A DNA stretch of 64,000 nt from an uncultured virus (IMG/VR IMGVR_UViG_3300034989_000018) (taxonomy: Duplodnaviria > Heunggongvirae > Uroviricota > Caudoviricetes), in the IMG/VR virus record IMGVR_UViG_3300034989_000018, one strand, 5' to 3'. Positions 1-10,077 of this stretch are shown piece by piece; the stretch's first letter is position 1, and each line of letters starts with the position of its first letter. Position numbers and translations under genes: made by a program. A model generated the notes under the pieces. That model searched no databases. It was not told the origin of the DNA and saw nothing but the letters and a program-made list of their open reading frames with translations.

Positions 1-67
1 AAAAATGTAAAAAATTTTATATCGCCGTTGTAATCTTTATTTTGAGGTTTTTTATTTCTTTTTTTTC

Positions 68-676
68 AAAATTTTTTTTATTTTTTTTTATTTTTTTATA
101 TATAATGAAGAATAAAAAAAAATAAAACTGATAAGTCATGATACAAGCGACTTTAAACAGTTTTTTTTTCTTAATTGACTATTTTTCAAATATATAAAAA
201 GCGTGTAAAACACTCTTTTTACACTCTTTTTACACGGTTTTTTAAAATCTTGAAACCTATGATATCAGAAGCTTAGGATACCTTTTTACACGTTTTACAC
301 TCTTTTTTTTTCATATAGAAAAATAAAAAAAAAAAATAAAAATAAATAATAATAATAATAAGAAGAGAGAGAGGTAATGAGGAAGTATTATTTTATTATT
401 ATTTTTATTTAAATACTGGGTAGTATGATATGAAAGAAAAAGCGTGTAAAGCGTGTAAAAAAGTATTCTAAGCTCCTGATATCATAGGTTTCAAGATTTT
501 AAAAAAGAGTGTAAAAAGAGTGTAAAAAGCGTGTTTTACACGCTTTTTTTTTATTAAAAAAAGTAGCCAATTAAAAGAAAAAACTGTTTAAAGTCTCTAG
601 TATCATGGCTTATCAGTTTTATTTTTTTTTATTCTTCATTATATAAAAAAAATAAAAAAAAAATAAAAAAAAATTT
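68..676. repeat. Large imperfect inverted repeat (~250-bp arms) with TTTTTACAC/GTGTAAAAA iterons; candidate replication origin
   Basis: 68-316 is the reverse complement of 428-676 with scattered mismatches (e.g. 244-268 AAAATCTTGAAACCTATGATATCAG vs 476-500); about ten TTTACAC/GTGTAAA units; A-rich/AG-rich central spacer. Confidence 0.85.
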
Positions 677-957
677 AAGTTTTTAATGTATTTAGAAAAT
701 TTTTTATGCGATTACGGTTTTACGTTTGTCAAGGGATACAAGAGATTTTTTAGTAATCTTAGGAAATTTTTGATGCAATCGCAACGTTGCTTTATACAGT
801 ATTAATGACATTTTATGAAAACACATTTTTTATTTACTACATTGGTTAAAAAAGGCCGAAAATCAATCGAAAATTTCTAGAATGTTTCTTAGCTTCCTTT
901 GTTTTCCAGGTATCCCAAGGAAGCTAAGAAATTTTTTTACATTTTTTCAAAAAAGTA

Positions 958-986
958 TTGACATTGTGTAATTAGTGTAATATACT
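958..986 (+). promoter_or_regulatory. sigmaA-type promoter
   Basis: TTGACA-17 nt-TATACT upstream of RBS AAAGGAG and ORF 1035. Confidence 0.75.
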
Positions 987-1034
987 AATAGAGTAGTAAA
1001 AAAAAAATTAAAATTTAAAGGAGATTAAAAAAAT

Positions 1035-1394
1035 ATGAAAAAATTAGTAATAACAAGTATTGTAATGGTAGTATTGGTATTAGGGGTAGTAGTAAGTTCT
1101 ATATATACGGACTTACGATTTGATATAGGTGTACTAGTAGATTCAGATACAGTATACAGGAATATTAATGATGACAAGGATATTAACGATAATATAGATC
1201 AATATATGTATAAGACAGTAGTGGAAGGTATACCTATAATAATACCTTGTAATGACAGGTATACTATAGTACGTGTCAGCAAGACAAAAGAATCTATAGA
1301 AGTATATAGATTCAGCGATATTATAAGTATATTACTAATAGCAATAATAGTAATATATATGATAAGATTTTTAATTCGATCGAAATTGAAATAG
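1035..1394 (+). CDS. hypothetical membrane protein
   Basis: ORF with RBS; hydrophobic N- and C-terminal segments. Confidence 0.65.
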   Translation: MKKLVITSIVMVVLVLGVVVSSIYTDLRFDIGVLVDSDTVYRNINDDKDINDNIDQYMYKTVVEGIPIIIPCNDRYTIVRVSKTKESIEVYRFSDIISILLIAIIVIYMIRFLIRSKLK

Positions 1395-1655
1395 AATTGA
1401 AATATAATTGTAACATTTGAATTCTTGGGAAATTTTGGAATTTGTAAAAAATGGAATAAAATGTTACAATTGTATGTTTGGAAAATTTTGGAATCGTAAA
1501 AATTCTAGAATTTTCCAAAAGCCTGGGTAGATATCCCTGCAAAAAATATGTACACCAAAATTTAAAATATTAGCTTCCAAAATTTCCTAAGTATTCAAAT
1601 GTTATCCAAGTATCAAGCAACAAAAAAAATATAAGTATTAAGGGGGGTATAATTA

Positions 1656-1859
1656 TTGATTATATTGTTAATATGTATTATATTAGGTCAAACAAGTATC
1701 ATAGGATTCCTATCATATAAGTTGATAGAGATTAAAAAGTTATTAGAAAATGAAAGAATATTGAATGATTTAAAAGTATTAGAAGGTGATAGAAGCAGAA
1801 ATTTCACAAATTTTTATGATTACAGTAATACATTTGAAAATAAGTCGGAACAAGAATAA
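1656..1859 (+). CDS. small hypothetical membrane protein
   Basis: AAGGGGG RBS, TTG start, N-terminal TM helix, followed by terminator-like hairpin 1863-1899. Confidence 0.55.
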   Translation: MIILLICIILGQTSIIGFLSYKLIEIKKLLENERILNDLKVLEGDRSRNFTNFYDYSNTFENKSEQE

Positions 1860-2133
1860 AATAAAAGAATAACCTTTTTTGACCTGGGTTATTCTTTTTA
1901 TGATTGTTAAAATTAACTCGTAAGTAGATTAAATAATTATTTATAATATTATCTCAATTGTTTAATAATGTAAATACCATAATATATAATAAACTAATCA
2001 AATGCAATTCATACATTATCTTTTTTCACTAAAATAAGTAATGAATTAATATATTTAACACCTGAATTGAATAAAAATGTTATAGATTTACAGAAAATAT
2101 AAGAAATTATACATAAAGTTTCATATATTTTAT

Positions 2134-2173
2134 AAAAAGACCTGTATTTTAATAAAATACAGGTCTTTTTTTT
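2134..2173 (+). terminator. intrinsic terminator
   Basis: AAAAAGACCTGTATTT/AAATACAGGTCTTTTT hairpin followed by T-run. Confidence 0.75.
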
Positions 2174-2249
2174 GTATTTTACGTAACATAGGGCATTAAT
2201 ATAAGATATAATGAAATAAAACAATAAAAACTCTAAAGGAGGTAATTTT

Positions 2250-2978
2250 ATGTCAAACGTATTCTCAGATAAATTTGATGATAATTTTACAAATTTTATA
2301 AAAAATTCAGGATATTATAAATCTTACCTTCACACAAGGAGTTGTAGGATTTGTAAATTACCTAAGAAAATACGAGAAAAAATAGACACAATGATATTAG
2401 AGGATTCAGATCATTTAAAAGTTCAATTATATCTAACTGAACAATTTCCAAAAATATTTAAATCTACTAATCATTTAAAAGATTTAATAGATTCACATAA
2501 AAAATATTTACCATACATGTTAGAAGATACAGCAATTAAAACAATTTTTAAGAGAGCAAGGTATATTGTAGAAAATAAAAATATAGAAGATTTAACAGCT
2601 AAAGAAAAAGCTAAAATGATTAGTGAAATAGAAGCAGAACTTATAAAAGAGTATTCAGATATGGAGAATGAAAGAGTATCATTGGTTAATGTAATGTTTA
2701 AAGAAACAATGCCACTTATATTAACTAGATTACATGCTTCAATTGTAGAAGGTACAGCAAAAGAAATTAAGACACTTACAGAAGCAAGTAACATGGTATT
2801 CAAAATGTCAACTGCTATGGCAGCGTCTAATTTATCAACAAAATCAATTGATGAAGAGTCAATTAAACCAGAGCAAGTCGATTTCTCAAAATTAGATGAA
2901 GAACCAGGAGAAACTTTAAAATCAAATGTATTATCATTAACTGAAAGAATTAATAAGGCGACTAAAGGGGTAATATAA
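2250..2978 (+). CDS. putative terminase small subunit
   Basis: Directly abuts the large terminase gene; N-terminal CxxC then helical region. Confidence 0.55.
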   Translation: MSNVFSDKFDDNFTNFIKNSGYYKSYLHTRSCRICKLPKKIREKIDTMILEDSDHLKVQLYLTEQFPKIFKSTNHLKDLIDSHKKYLPYMLEDTAIKTIFKRARYIVENKNIEDLTAKEKAKMISEIEAELIKEYSDMENERVSLVNVMFKETMPLILTRLHASIVEGTAKEIKTLTEASNMVFKMSTAMAASNLSTKSIDEESIKPEQVDFSKLDEEPGETLKSNVLSLTERINKATKGVI

Positions 2979-4517
2979 ATGATACAGCCTGTAAATATAA
3001 AAGTTCCTGAATATCCGTTTCCTACTGATTATATTGATAGATGGGAAAAAGAAACAAAAGCAGTAAGAGATTGTTTTTGGAAGGCAACTTTACAGGAAAG
3101 ACGTAAGTTTGCTAAATTAAATCCTTGTATTTTTGGGGAACAGTATATAAAGCCATATATAAGAAGATGGAATACAGAAACAGCAAAGCATCAATATTAT
3201 ATGATGTTTGAAGCATTACGACATGAATCTATAGTAATTCATATTCCTGTTGAACATGCTAAAAGTACATGGTTTAGTTTAGTATTGCCTTTATGGTTCT
3301 TAATTAATGATAGAAATACTCATGGTGCTATTCTTTCTAATACATCTACACAGGCTAGTGGTTTTTTATCGGCTATAAAATGGCATATAGAGGAGAATGA
3401 TAGGTTGAATAATGATTTTCCAGAATTAATACCAGATTATGATAGAAAATGGACAGAAAAAGAGATAATGGTTGTGAGAGATAAAACAATGCAAGGTCGT
3501 GACCCTTCAATAATTGCAAGGGGAACAGGGAATGCAGTACTTGGAACTAGGCTTGAATGGGTAATAGCTGATGATGTATGTGATTTAGATAATACAGCTA
3601 ATGAAGTTCAAAGACAAAAAACGCTTAGTTGGTGGAATGAGATAATTGACTCAAGGGTAGTTGAACATGGTCGTAAGATTGTAATAGGTACGCTTCAACA
3701 CAATAATGATTTGTTATGTACGTTATCTAGTAATAAGTATTATAAGTATATTTGTTTGAAAGCATTATCCGATAATAAAATTCCACTATGGGATAAATAT
3801 TGGTCTGTATCAAGATTGAAAAAGAAAAAAGAAACCATAGGTTCTTTAGCTTTTTCAAAAGTTATGCAGAATGATAGGATGACTAGTTCAAACAAATCAT
3901 TAAAATCGGAGTGGCTACAATTTTATGGTGTAGGTGAGAAATATAATTTTAATATAACGAATGATGATGTTGATATTTATATTGCAATTGACCCTGCAAT
4001 TGCAGATGATAAAACTACAGCAGAAAAACGAAGACTTAATAAATTTGCACTTGTTGTCGTAGGACTCGATAAAGTTACTAAGCATATGTTTTTATGGGAT
4101 TACGATACAGGTTACTATACTTTTCCAGAGCAAATTAAGTTAATTGATAAATATTATAAGAAGTATTCAAATATAAATATAGTTAAGAAGGTTGGTATAG
4201 AACAGGTAGCATATCAAAAAGCATTGAAACAACAGGCATTCTTGTTAAAGTCTATGCCGCCAGTAGTAGGTATTAATACAGGTACTCAATCAAAATCTAC
4301 TAAAATAGAGAGTTTTGGTGTATATTGTGAAACAAAGAGGTTTTTCATAAAAAAAACACACAATGATTTTATAGATGAATTTATAGAATTTGAACCAGGT
4401 GGAAATTCTCCAAATATACTAGATGCTTGTACTGTTGTAGTAGCCATGATAAAAGGGGTATCTACAGTATCAGATATTAGGATATATCAGAAGAAAAAAT
4501 TTAATTATAATTGGTAA
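2979..4517 (+). CDS. terL: terminase large subunit
   Basis: Walker A-like PVEHAKST, Walker B VIADD, IVIGT coupling motif, nuclease IAIDPA and C-terminal NILDA. Confidence 0.92.
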   Translation: MIQPVNIKVPEYPFPTDYIDRWEKETKAVRDCFWKATLQERRKFAKLNPCIFGEQYIKPYIRRWNTETAKHQYYMMFEALRHESIVIHIPVEHAKSTWFSLVLPLWFLINDRNTHGAILSNTSTQASGFLSAIKWHIEENDRLNNDFPELIPDYDRKWTEKEIMVVRDKTMQGRDPSIIARGTGNAVLGTRLEWVIADDVCDLDNTANEVQRQKTLSWWNEIIDSRVVEHGRKIVIGTLQHNNDLLCTLSSNKYYKYICLKALSDNKIPLWDKYWSVSRLKKKKETIGSLAFSKVMQNDRMTSSNKSLKSEWLQFYGVGEKYNFNITNDDVDIYIAIDPAIADDKTTAEKRRLNKFALVVVGLDKVTKHMFLWDYDTGYYTFPEQIKLIDKYYKKYSNINIVKKVGIEQVAYQKALKQQAFLLKSMPPVVGINTGTQSKSTKIESFGVYCETKRFFIKKTHNDFIDEFIEFEPGGNSPNILDACTVVVAMIKGVSTVSDIRIYQKKKFNYNW

Positions 4518-4533
4518 AAGGAGAGATTTATTA

Positions 4534-5034
4534 ATGAATGATGAAAGATTTAGAGAAATTGAAAAAATTTTAGAATTTGGGAAAATGGTTCTTGACATAG
4601 AGAAAATAATAACGTCAACGAAATACATGAAACAACATCAAAAAGTAATAAGCGTAATGAAGACTATTAAAAATGAATTAGTAAATGAAATATCAAATTA
4701 TTATAAAGAACCTACATATTCAGTAGATAATTCTACAATCACATTAGAATCTTTAAAAGAAAAGGTTATATCAGAACCAATTTTAGAACCAACACCAGAA
4801 TCAGATGTAAAATATACAACTGAGGAAGTTTTAAGTGTTGAAGAACCTGCTAATGTTAATAAATATAAATCAGATATAAATAATAAAATTAAAGAATCAT
4901 TAGCTCATGACGATAAAGTAGAAGATATACAATTTTCTGAGGAAGCTAAGATTAAAAATGAAGATAGTACATTAGTAGAAGTTGCTAAAGAAAAAAGAAA
5001 GAAACCAAATGTTTATTCAAAAAAGAAAAAATAA
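4534..5034 (+). CDS. hypothetical protein
   Basis: ORF with AAGGAG RBS between terminase and portal. Confidence 0.7.
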   Translation: MNDERFREIEKILEFGKMVLDIEKIITSTKYMKQHQKVISVMKTIKNELVNEISNYYKEPTYSVDNSTITLESLKEKVISEPILEPTPESDVKYTTEEVLSVEEPANVNKYKSDINNKIKESLAHDDKVEDIQFSEEAKIKNEDSTLVEVAKEKRKKPNVYSKKKK

Positions 5035-5074
5035 CTTAATAGAATTTTAGATCCTATAGAAAGGAGGGAGGATT

Positions 5075-6832
5075 ATGGCCAAAATTTATGATGCAAATGG
5101 TAAAATTATTTCAATAACTAGAAAACCATCTAAAACGGAATTAGGTGGCACCGGTAGAACATCATCTATATATAAACAAATACAATTGAGTACTGATGAA
5201 TATTTAGCGGCTTTAAAATATCCTAATGATATTTCTATTTATGAAAAAATGGGAAGGTCAGATGCACAAGTGAAAGCAATACTTTTAATGCTTTCATTAC
5301 CTATACGTTCTACTCAATGGTTTATTAGACCAAAAGATGAATCAAGTAAATCTAAAAAGATAGCATCTTTTGTTGAAGAATGTTTATTTGGAGAATATGG
5401 TATAGGTCTTCAATTAGGATTTGATGATTTTATTAGAAATGTAACAACTATGTTTCAATTTGGACATAGTATTTTTGAGAAAGTATTTGAGGTAAAAAAA
5501 AGTAAATTAAAGTGGAAAAAATTTGCTGTTAGACCTCAATCTACAATATACGATATATATTATGACCAGGCTGGGGATTTACAATCAATTGATCAATACA
5601 TGATTCATAATAATTGGGAAACTGTGAATATACCTATACAAAAATTATTGTTTTTCTCACATGATATGCAGCAAGGTAATGTAAGAGGTATATCAGTTCT
5701 CAGGGCAGCTTATAAACATTGGAAGATAAAAGATTATTTATATAAGATTGTAAATATAGGAATTGAAAGAAATTTTGTAGGTACACCAGTACTTACATTA
5801 CCTGAGAATTATACACAAGAAGACAAGGAATTGGCCGATGAAATTGTCACAACATTAAGAAGTTCAGAATATGGTGGAGTCAGATTACCTTATGGATTTA
5901 TATTAGAAATGTTCGAAGGAAAAAGAACATTAGCAGATGTACAGCCATATATAGATCATCAAGATTTAGCAATAGCCAAAAGTATAGTTGCACAATTCAT
6001 GAATTTAGGTTCAGGAAATTCAACTAGTGGCTCTTTTGCATTATCCAGTGATCAATCGGAAATGTTCTTGATGATGTTGGATTCTGCAGCAAAAAATATA
6101 TGTAATATAATAAATTGTCATGCTATACCTGAATTAGTAGGGTATAATTTTGCATCTGATTTATATCCAATACTTTCATTTAAATCTATGAATAGTACTA
6201 AACTTATAAATGCTCTTAAAACTTTAGTTGATGGTAAACTTGTATTACCTGATGATGATTTAGAAGTTTACATAAGGGATATGTTAGATTTACCAGAACA
6301 AAATCCTGCACAGTCTAGAGAAGAAGCAATTGAGCAATTTAAACAAAATAATTTAAGTATTCAACAGGGTAATAATAAGATTCCAGAAACTAATAAGTCT
6401 AAAACACCTATTGATAATACAAGTAAGCAAAATCAATATAAAGATAAAATAAAAAATGATAAGATAAATAAAAAAATGAAAGAGAATTCAAGTAATATTA
6501 AATTTTCTGAAATTTCTATGGAAGCATTAACATGTCTTAAAGATTTAATTAAAAAACAATTGATTAAATTGAATGAGAAAGCACAAGGAATGGACATTAA
6601 TAATTTGTCGAGTATAAAAGTTCAATACAAAGGTGAATTGTCTAAACTTATAAATGATTTATTGAAAAATGAATTAAATTTAAAAGAATCAGATATTAAG
6701 TTTACGGCAAAATCTAATATTATTTCAAATACTATATCAGAAAAAGTAAAATCTATGTTTTTTAATGAATATATCAATAATACTCATTTAGATATAGATA
6801 TAATTACACAAGATATCATAGACGAATTATAA
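5075..6832 (+). CDS. portal protein (Mu gp29/DUF935-like) with C-terminal extension
   Basis: YEKMGRSDAQV, FGHSIFEKVF, GISVLRAAYKHW, IERNFVGTP, GSFALS motifs; position after terL. Confidence 0.88.
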   Translation: MAKIYDANGKIISITRKPSKTELGGTGRTSSIYKQIQLSTDEYLAALKYPNDISIYEKMGRSDAQVKAILLMLSLPIRSTQWFIRPKDESSKSKKIASFVEECLFGEYGIGLQLGFDDFIRNVTTMFQFGHSIFEKVFEVKKSKLKWKKFAVRPQSTIYDIYYDQAGDLQSIDQYMIHNNWETVNIPIQKLLFFSHDMQQGNVRGISVLRAAYKHWKIKDYLYKIVNIGIERNFVGTPVLTLPENYTQEDKELADEIVTTLRSSEYGGVRLPYGFILEMFEGKRTLADVQPYIDHQDLAIAKSIVAQFMNLGSGNSTSGSFALSSDQSEMFLMMLDSAAKNICNIINCHAIPELVGYNFASDLYPILSFKSMNSTKLINALKTLVDGKLVLPDDDLEVYIRDMLDLPEQNPAQSREEAIEQFKQNNLSIQQGNNKIPETNKSKTPIDNTSKQNQYKDKIKNDKINKKMKENSSNIKFSEISMEALTCLKDLIKKQLIKLNEKAQGMDINNLSSIKVQYKGELSKLINDLLKNELNLKESDIKFTAKSNIISNTISEKVKSMFFNEYINNTHLDIDIITQDIIDEL

Positions 6833-7076
6833 AATTGAAAAATAATTGACGAAAAATGAACTACTATGGTACAATTAAGTTATTCTAAATCTTATGAATA
6901 ATACAATCAACAAGTTTCGTCATTAAGTCGATTCGATTGTAAGATTAAAAAGATTTATGAACTTTTCTAGCAATTTAATGAATCTTTTCATTAGAAGAAA
7001 AGAAGACGAATTGTATTAATAGTTTATTTTCGTGTTTAAATATTTCAATTTTAATATAAATAAAGAAGGTGGTTTA

Positions 7077-7592
7077 ATGCCTAGTATAAGACGTATTGAT
7101 GGAAATTATATTAAATCACAAGCGGGTAGTAGTTCAGTCGCTATAACAAGACCAGCTAATACTACAGCATATACAGCAGGTGATGTTGTAGGTACAAACC
7201 CGGCTACAAATTTAGAATTTACAAATATTTTACCAGAATCAAAACAACATTTTTATATAACTGATGCAAAAATAGAAGTAGAAAAGTCAAGCGTCCCTGC
7301 AGGTATGAGTTCATTTACATTACACTTATATGATGCAGCACCGACAGCAATAGCAGATAATTCAGCATGGACTTTATTATTAGCTGATGGAGGTAAATAT
7401 TTAGGTAGTATTCAATTTAGTACTCCTGTAGATTTAGGAACAACTTTAATTTATTGGTTAGAAAATATTAATATAAAGAGGAAATTAGCCACTGGAAGTA
7501 CAAGTATTTATGGTCAACTTGCTACTGATGCAGGATGGACACCAGGGAGTGAAGATGTAATTAATATTGGTTTAGAGACAGTAGGTGCATAA
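7077..7592 (+). CDS. putative virion accessory protein
   Basis: ATG after GAAGGTGG RBS; TRPANTTAYTAGDVVG motif, beta-rich; in head module. Confidence 0.65.
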   Translation: MPSIRRIDGNYIKSQAGSSSVAITRPANTTAYTAGDVVGTNPATNLEFTNILPESKQHFYITDAKIEVEKSSVPAGMSSFTLHLYDAAPTAIADNSAWTLLLADGGKYLGSIQFSTPVDLGTTLIYWLENINIKRKLATGSTSIYGQLATDAGWTPGSEDVINIGLETVGA

Positions 7593-7593
7593 A

Positions 7594-8739
7594 ATGTATG
7601 GTTCAAAAAAAATACGTATAATGCCAAAAAATAAATATGCTACACAAACCTGGAAGACAGATAATATTTCTGCAGGCTCTAGCAATAATAACCAAATAAA
7701 ATTACCTTTTATAGCTACAGGTACATATAATTGTGTAGTTGAATGGGGAGACGGATTAAGTGATTATATAACCACTTGGAATCAAGCAGAAACCACACAT
7801 ACGTATTCATCTATAGGAACTTATGAAGTAAATATAAAAGGTCAGTGTGAAGGATGGCAATTTAATAATAGTGGTGATAAATTAAAATTACTAACTATAG
7901 ATAGATGGGGAGTAGATTTTAGATTAGGTTCTGTAAATAGTAATTTTTATGGTTGTGCCAATTTACAAATTGATACACCTGATTCATTAGATACTTCTGA
8001 TATTACAGATATGTATAGATTATTTTATGAATGTAGTAGTTTAAATGGGGATATAAAGTTCTCAGATACTTCAAATGTAACTAATATGACATACATGTTT
8101 AGAGGTTGTACAGTATTCAATGGTAATGTAACATCATTAAATACTTCAAATGTAACTACTATGGCGGGTATGTTTTATAGTTGTATTGCTTTTAATAAAC
8201 CTGTTAATACTTTTGATACTTCTAAAGTTGAAAATATGTATGCATTGTTTTACAATTGTACAATTTTTAATCAAGATGTTTCTAATTTTGACACTTCTAA
8301 AGTTACAAATATGAGTTATATGTTTAGTGATTGTTTAAATTTTAATCAAGATGTAAGTAGTTTTAATACTGGATTAGTAACAGATATGAGATCAATGTTT
8401 TATGGTACAGGAACATGTAATCCAGATATATCAAGCTGGAATGTAGAAAATGTAACAGACATGAGTTATATGTTATATCAAAAAGTTAATTTTAATAGAG
8501 ATATTTCATCATGGGATATTTCTAATGTAACGACAATGGAAGAAATGTTGACAGGTTGTACAAATTGGTCTACTGCAAATTATGATGCTTCTTTAATTGC
8601 TTGGGACGCTTTAAGTGTCCAAAGTGGAGTTAGTTTTAAATGTTCTTCATATTATACAATTGGGGGTGCAGCAGAAGCATCAAGAACAAATTTAATTACA
8701 AGTGATACATGGTCTATTACTGATTTAGGAGGTGTGTAA
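7594..8739 (+). CDS. BspA-family (DUF285-type) leucine-rich repeat protein with PKD-like N-terminus
   Basis: Repeats of DTSNVTNMxYMFxxCxxFNQDVS; VEWGDG...HTYSSIGTYEV PKD-like motif. Confidence 0.88.
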   Translation: MYGSKKIRIMPKNKYATQTWKTDNISAGSSNNNQIKLPFIATGTYNCVVEWGDGLSDYITTWNQAETTHTYSSIGTYEVNIKGQCEGWQFNNSGDKLKLLTIDRWGVDFRLGSVNSNFYGCANLQIDTPDSLDTSDITDMYRLFYECSSLNGDIKFSDTSNVTNMTYMFRGCTVFNGNVTSLNTSNVTTMAGMFYSCIAFNKPVNTFDTSKVENMYALFYNCTIFNQDVSNFDTSKVTNMSYMFSDCLNFNQDVSSFNTGLVTDMRSMFYGTGTCNPDISSWNVENVTDMSYMLYQKVNFNRDISSWDISNVTTMEEMLTGCTNWSTANYDASLIAWDALSVQSGVSFKCSSYYTIGGAAEASRTNLITSDTWSITDLGGV

Positions 8740-10077
8740 ATGCCATATAATAAAGCACCCGATAGAATTAAAGGTTTACCTTCTCATGCAAGAGATATAT
8801 GGGTTTCCGCTTTCAACAGTGCTTTTAAACAATATAAAGGTGATGAAGAAAAATGCAATAAGGTTGCGTGGGCAGCAGTAAAAAAAGCAGGATATTATAA
8901 GACTGAAAAAGGATGGGTGAAGGCATCAGAAAATTTTTATTATATTTGTTTATCAGAAGCTGAAACATTACCAAAACAAATAGAAATAATGAGGACAGGT
9001 AAATGGAAGCATCCTATATACGAGAATTTAGAAATTACAGGAAATACTATTGATTGTATTATAAAAAATTTCGAAGATAATGTCAGGGGAATTGATATAA
9101 GTTTTGATTTAGAACATGGTGAAACAAATCATAAATCAGAAGCCGTATGTTGGGTAAAGAAACTTATCAAAAAAGGTTCTACACTTTTGGCAGAAATTGA
9201 ATGGACTGATTTTGGTAAAGAAAAAGTAAAAAGTAAATCTTTTAGGTATTTTAGTCCTGAGTTTAAATTTGCATATACAGATGCAGAATCAGGAAAAACT
9301 TATAATAATGTTTTGTTTGGAGGAGCGTTAACTAACAGACCATTTATTAAAAACATGTCTCCGTTAATGCTTTCTGAAACAGTTAATCCAATAGATTTAA
9401 ATGGTGAATTATATTCTCCATGTATAAGTGATAATGAGAAAGGGGATAATGGAATGAATAAGAAACTTTTAGAAGCATTGAAACTTTCAGAAACATCAAC
9501 AGAAGCAGAAATTGAGACAGCAGTAAATAAAATGATTGAAGATTCTAAAAAATTGTCTGAAATATCTGCTGAGAATAAAACTTTAAAAGCAGAAAAAAAG
9601 ACTTTAGAAGAAGAAAAAAAGACTTTAGAAACTGATAAAGCAGCATTGACTACAAAATTAAATGAAGCAATTGGAAGTAAATCAACAGCAGAACAGGAAA
9701 TTGTTAAATTAAATGAAAGTATTAAAAATATTAATTTGAAATTTACAGAGGCGGATTGGACTAATGTTTATACAACTGCATTAAATGAGGGAAGGATGAC
9801 TCCTGCCATGAGTGAAATATTTAAGAAACAATTTATGGTAGACCCTACAGCGACTAGAGAAATGATTAAAGTTTTACCAGTAGTAGTCAAATTAGGTGAG
9901 AGTGGTTCTTCAAATAACGATTCAGACGATAAAAGTTATGTAAAACTTTTTGAAACTGAAACAGCTAAAGTAATGAAAGAATCAAAATTACCTTATGAAG
10001 AAGCTATTTTAGTTGTTGCTAAGAATCAACCAGAATTGGCCAAAAATTCCCATATGGAAAGAAAGGGGTTAATATAA
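8740..10077 (+). CDS. ChaB-domain fused Mu-like prohead protease/scaffold
   Basis: N-terminal LPSHARDIWVSAFNSAF...VAWAAVKK (ChaB-like); DLEHG, EWTDFG, FRYFSPEF, GALTNRPF (Mu gpI-like protease); coiled-coil C-terminus. Confidence 0.85.
   Translation: MPYNKAPDRIKGLPSHARDIWVSAFNSAFKQYKGDEEKCNKVAWAAVKKAGYYKTEKGWVKASENFYYICLSEAETLPKQIEIMRTGKWKHPIYENLEITGNTIDCIIKNFEDNVRGIDISFDLEHGETNHKSEAVCWVKKLIKKGSTLLAEIEWTDFGKEKVKSKSFRYFSPEFKFAYTDAESGKTYNNVLFGGALTNRPFIKNMSPLMLSETVNPIDLNGELYSPCISDNEKGDNGMNKKLLEALKLSETSTEAEIETAVNKMIEDSKKLSEISAENKTLKAEKKTLEEEKKTLETDKAALTTKLNEAIGSKSTAEQEIVKLNESIKNINLKFTEADWTNVYTTALNEGRMTPAMSEIFKKQFMVDPTATREMIKVLPVVVKLGESGSSNNDSDDKSYVKLFETETAKVMKESKLPYEEAILVVAKNQPELAKNSHMERKGLI

Noticed and set aside
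1420..1590. TTTTGGAA/TTCCAAAA motifs as a pac site
   Set aside because: Short, low-complexity and irregularly spaced in very AT-rich DNA; not supportable without read-end data
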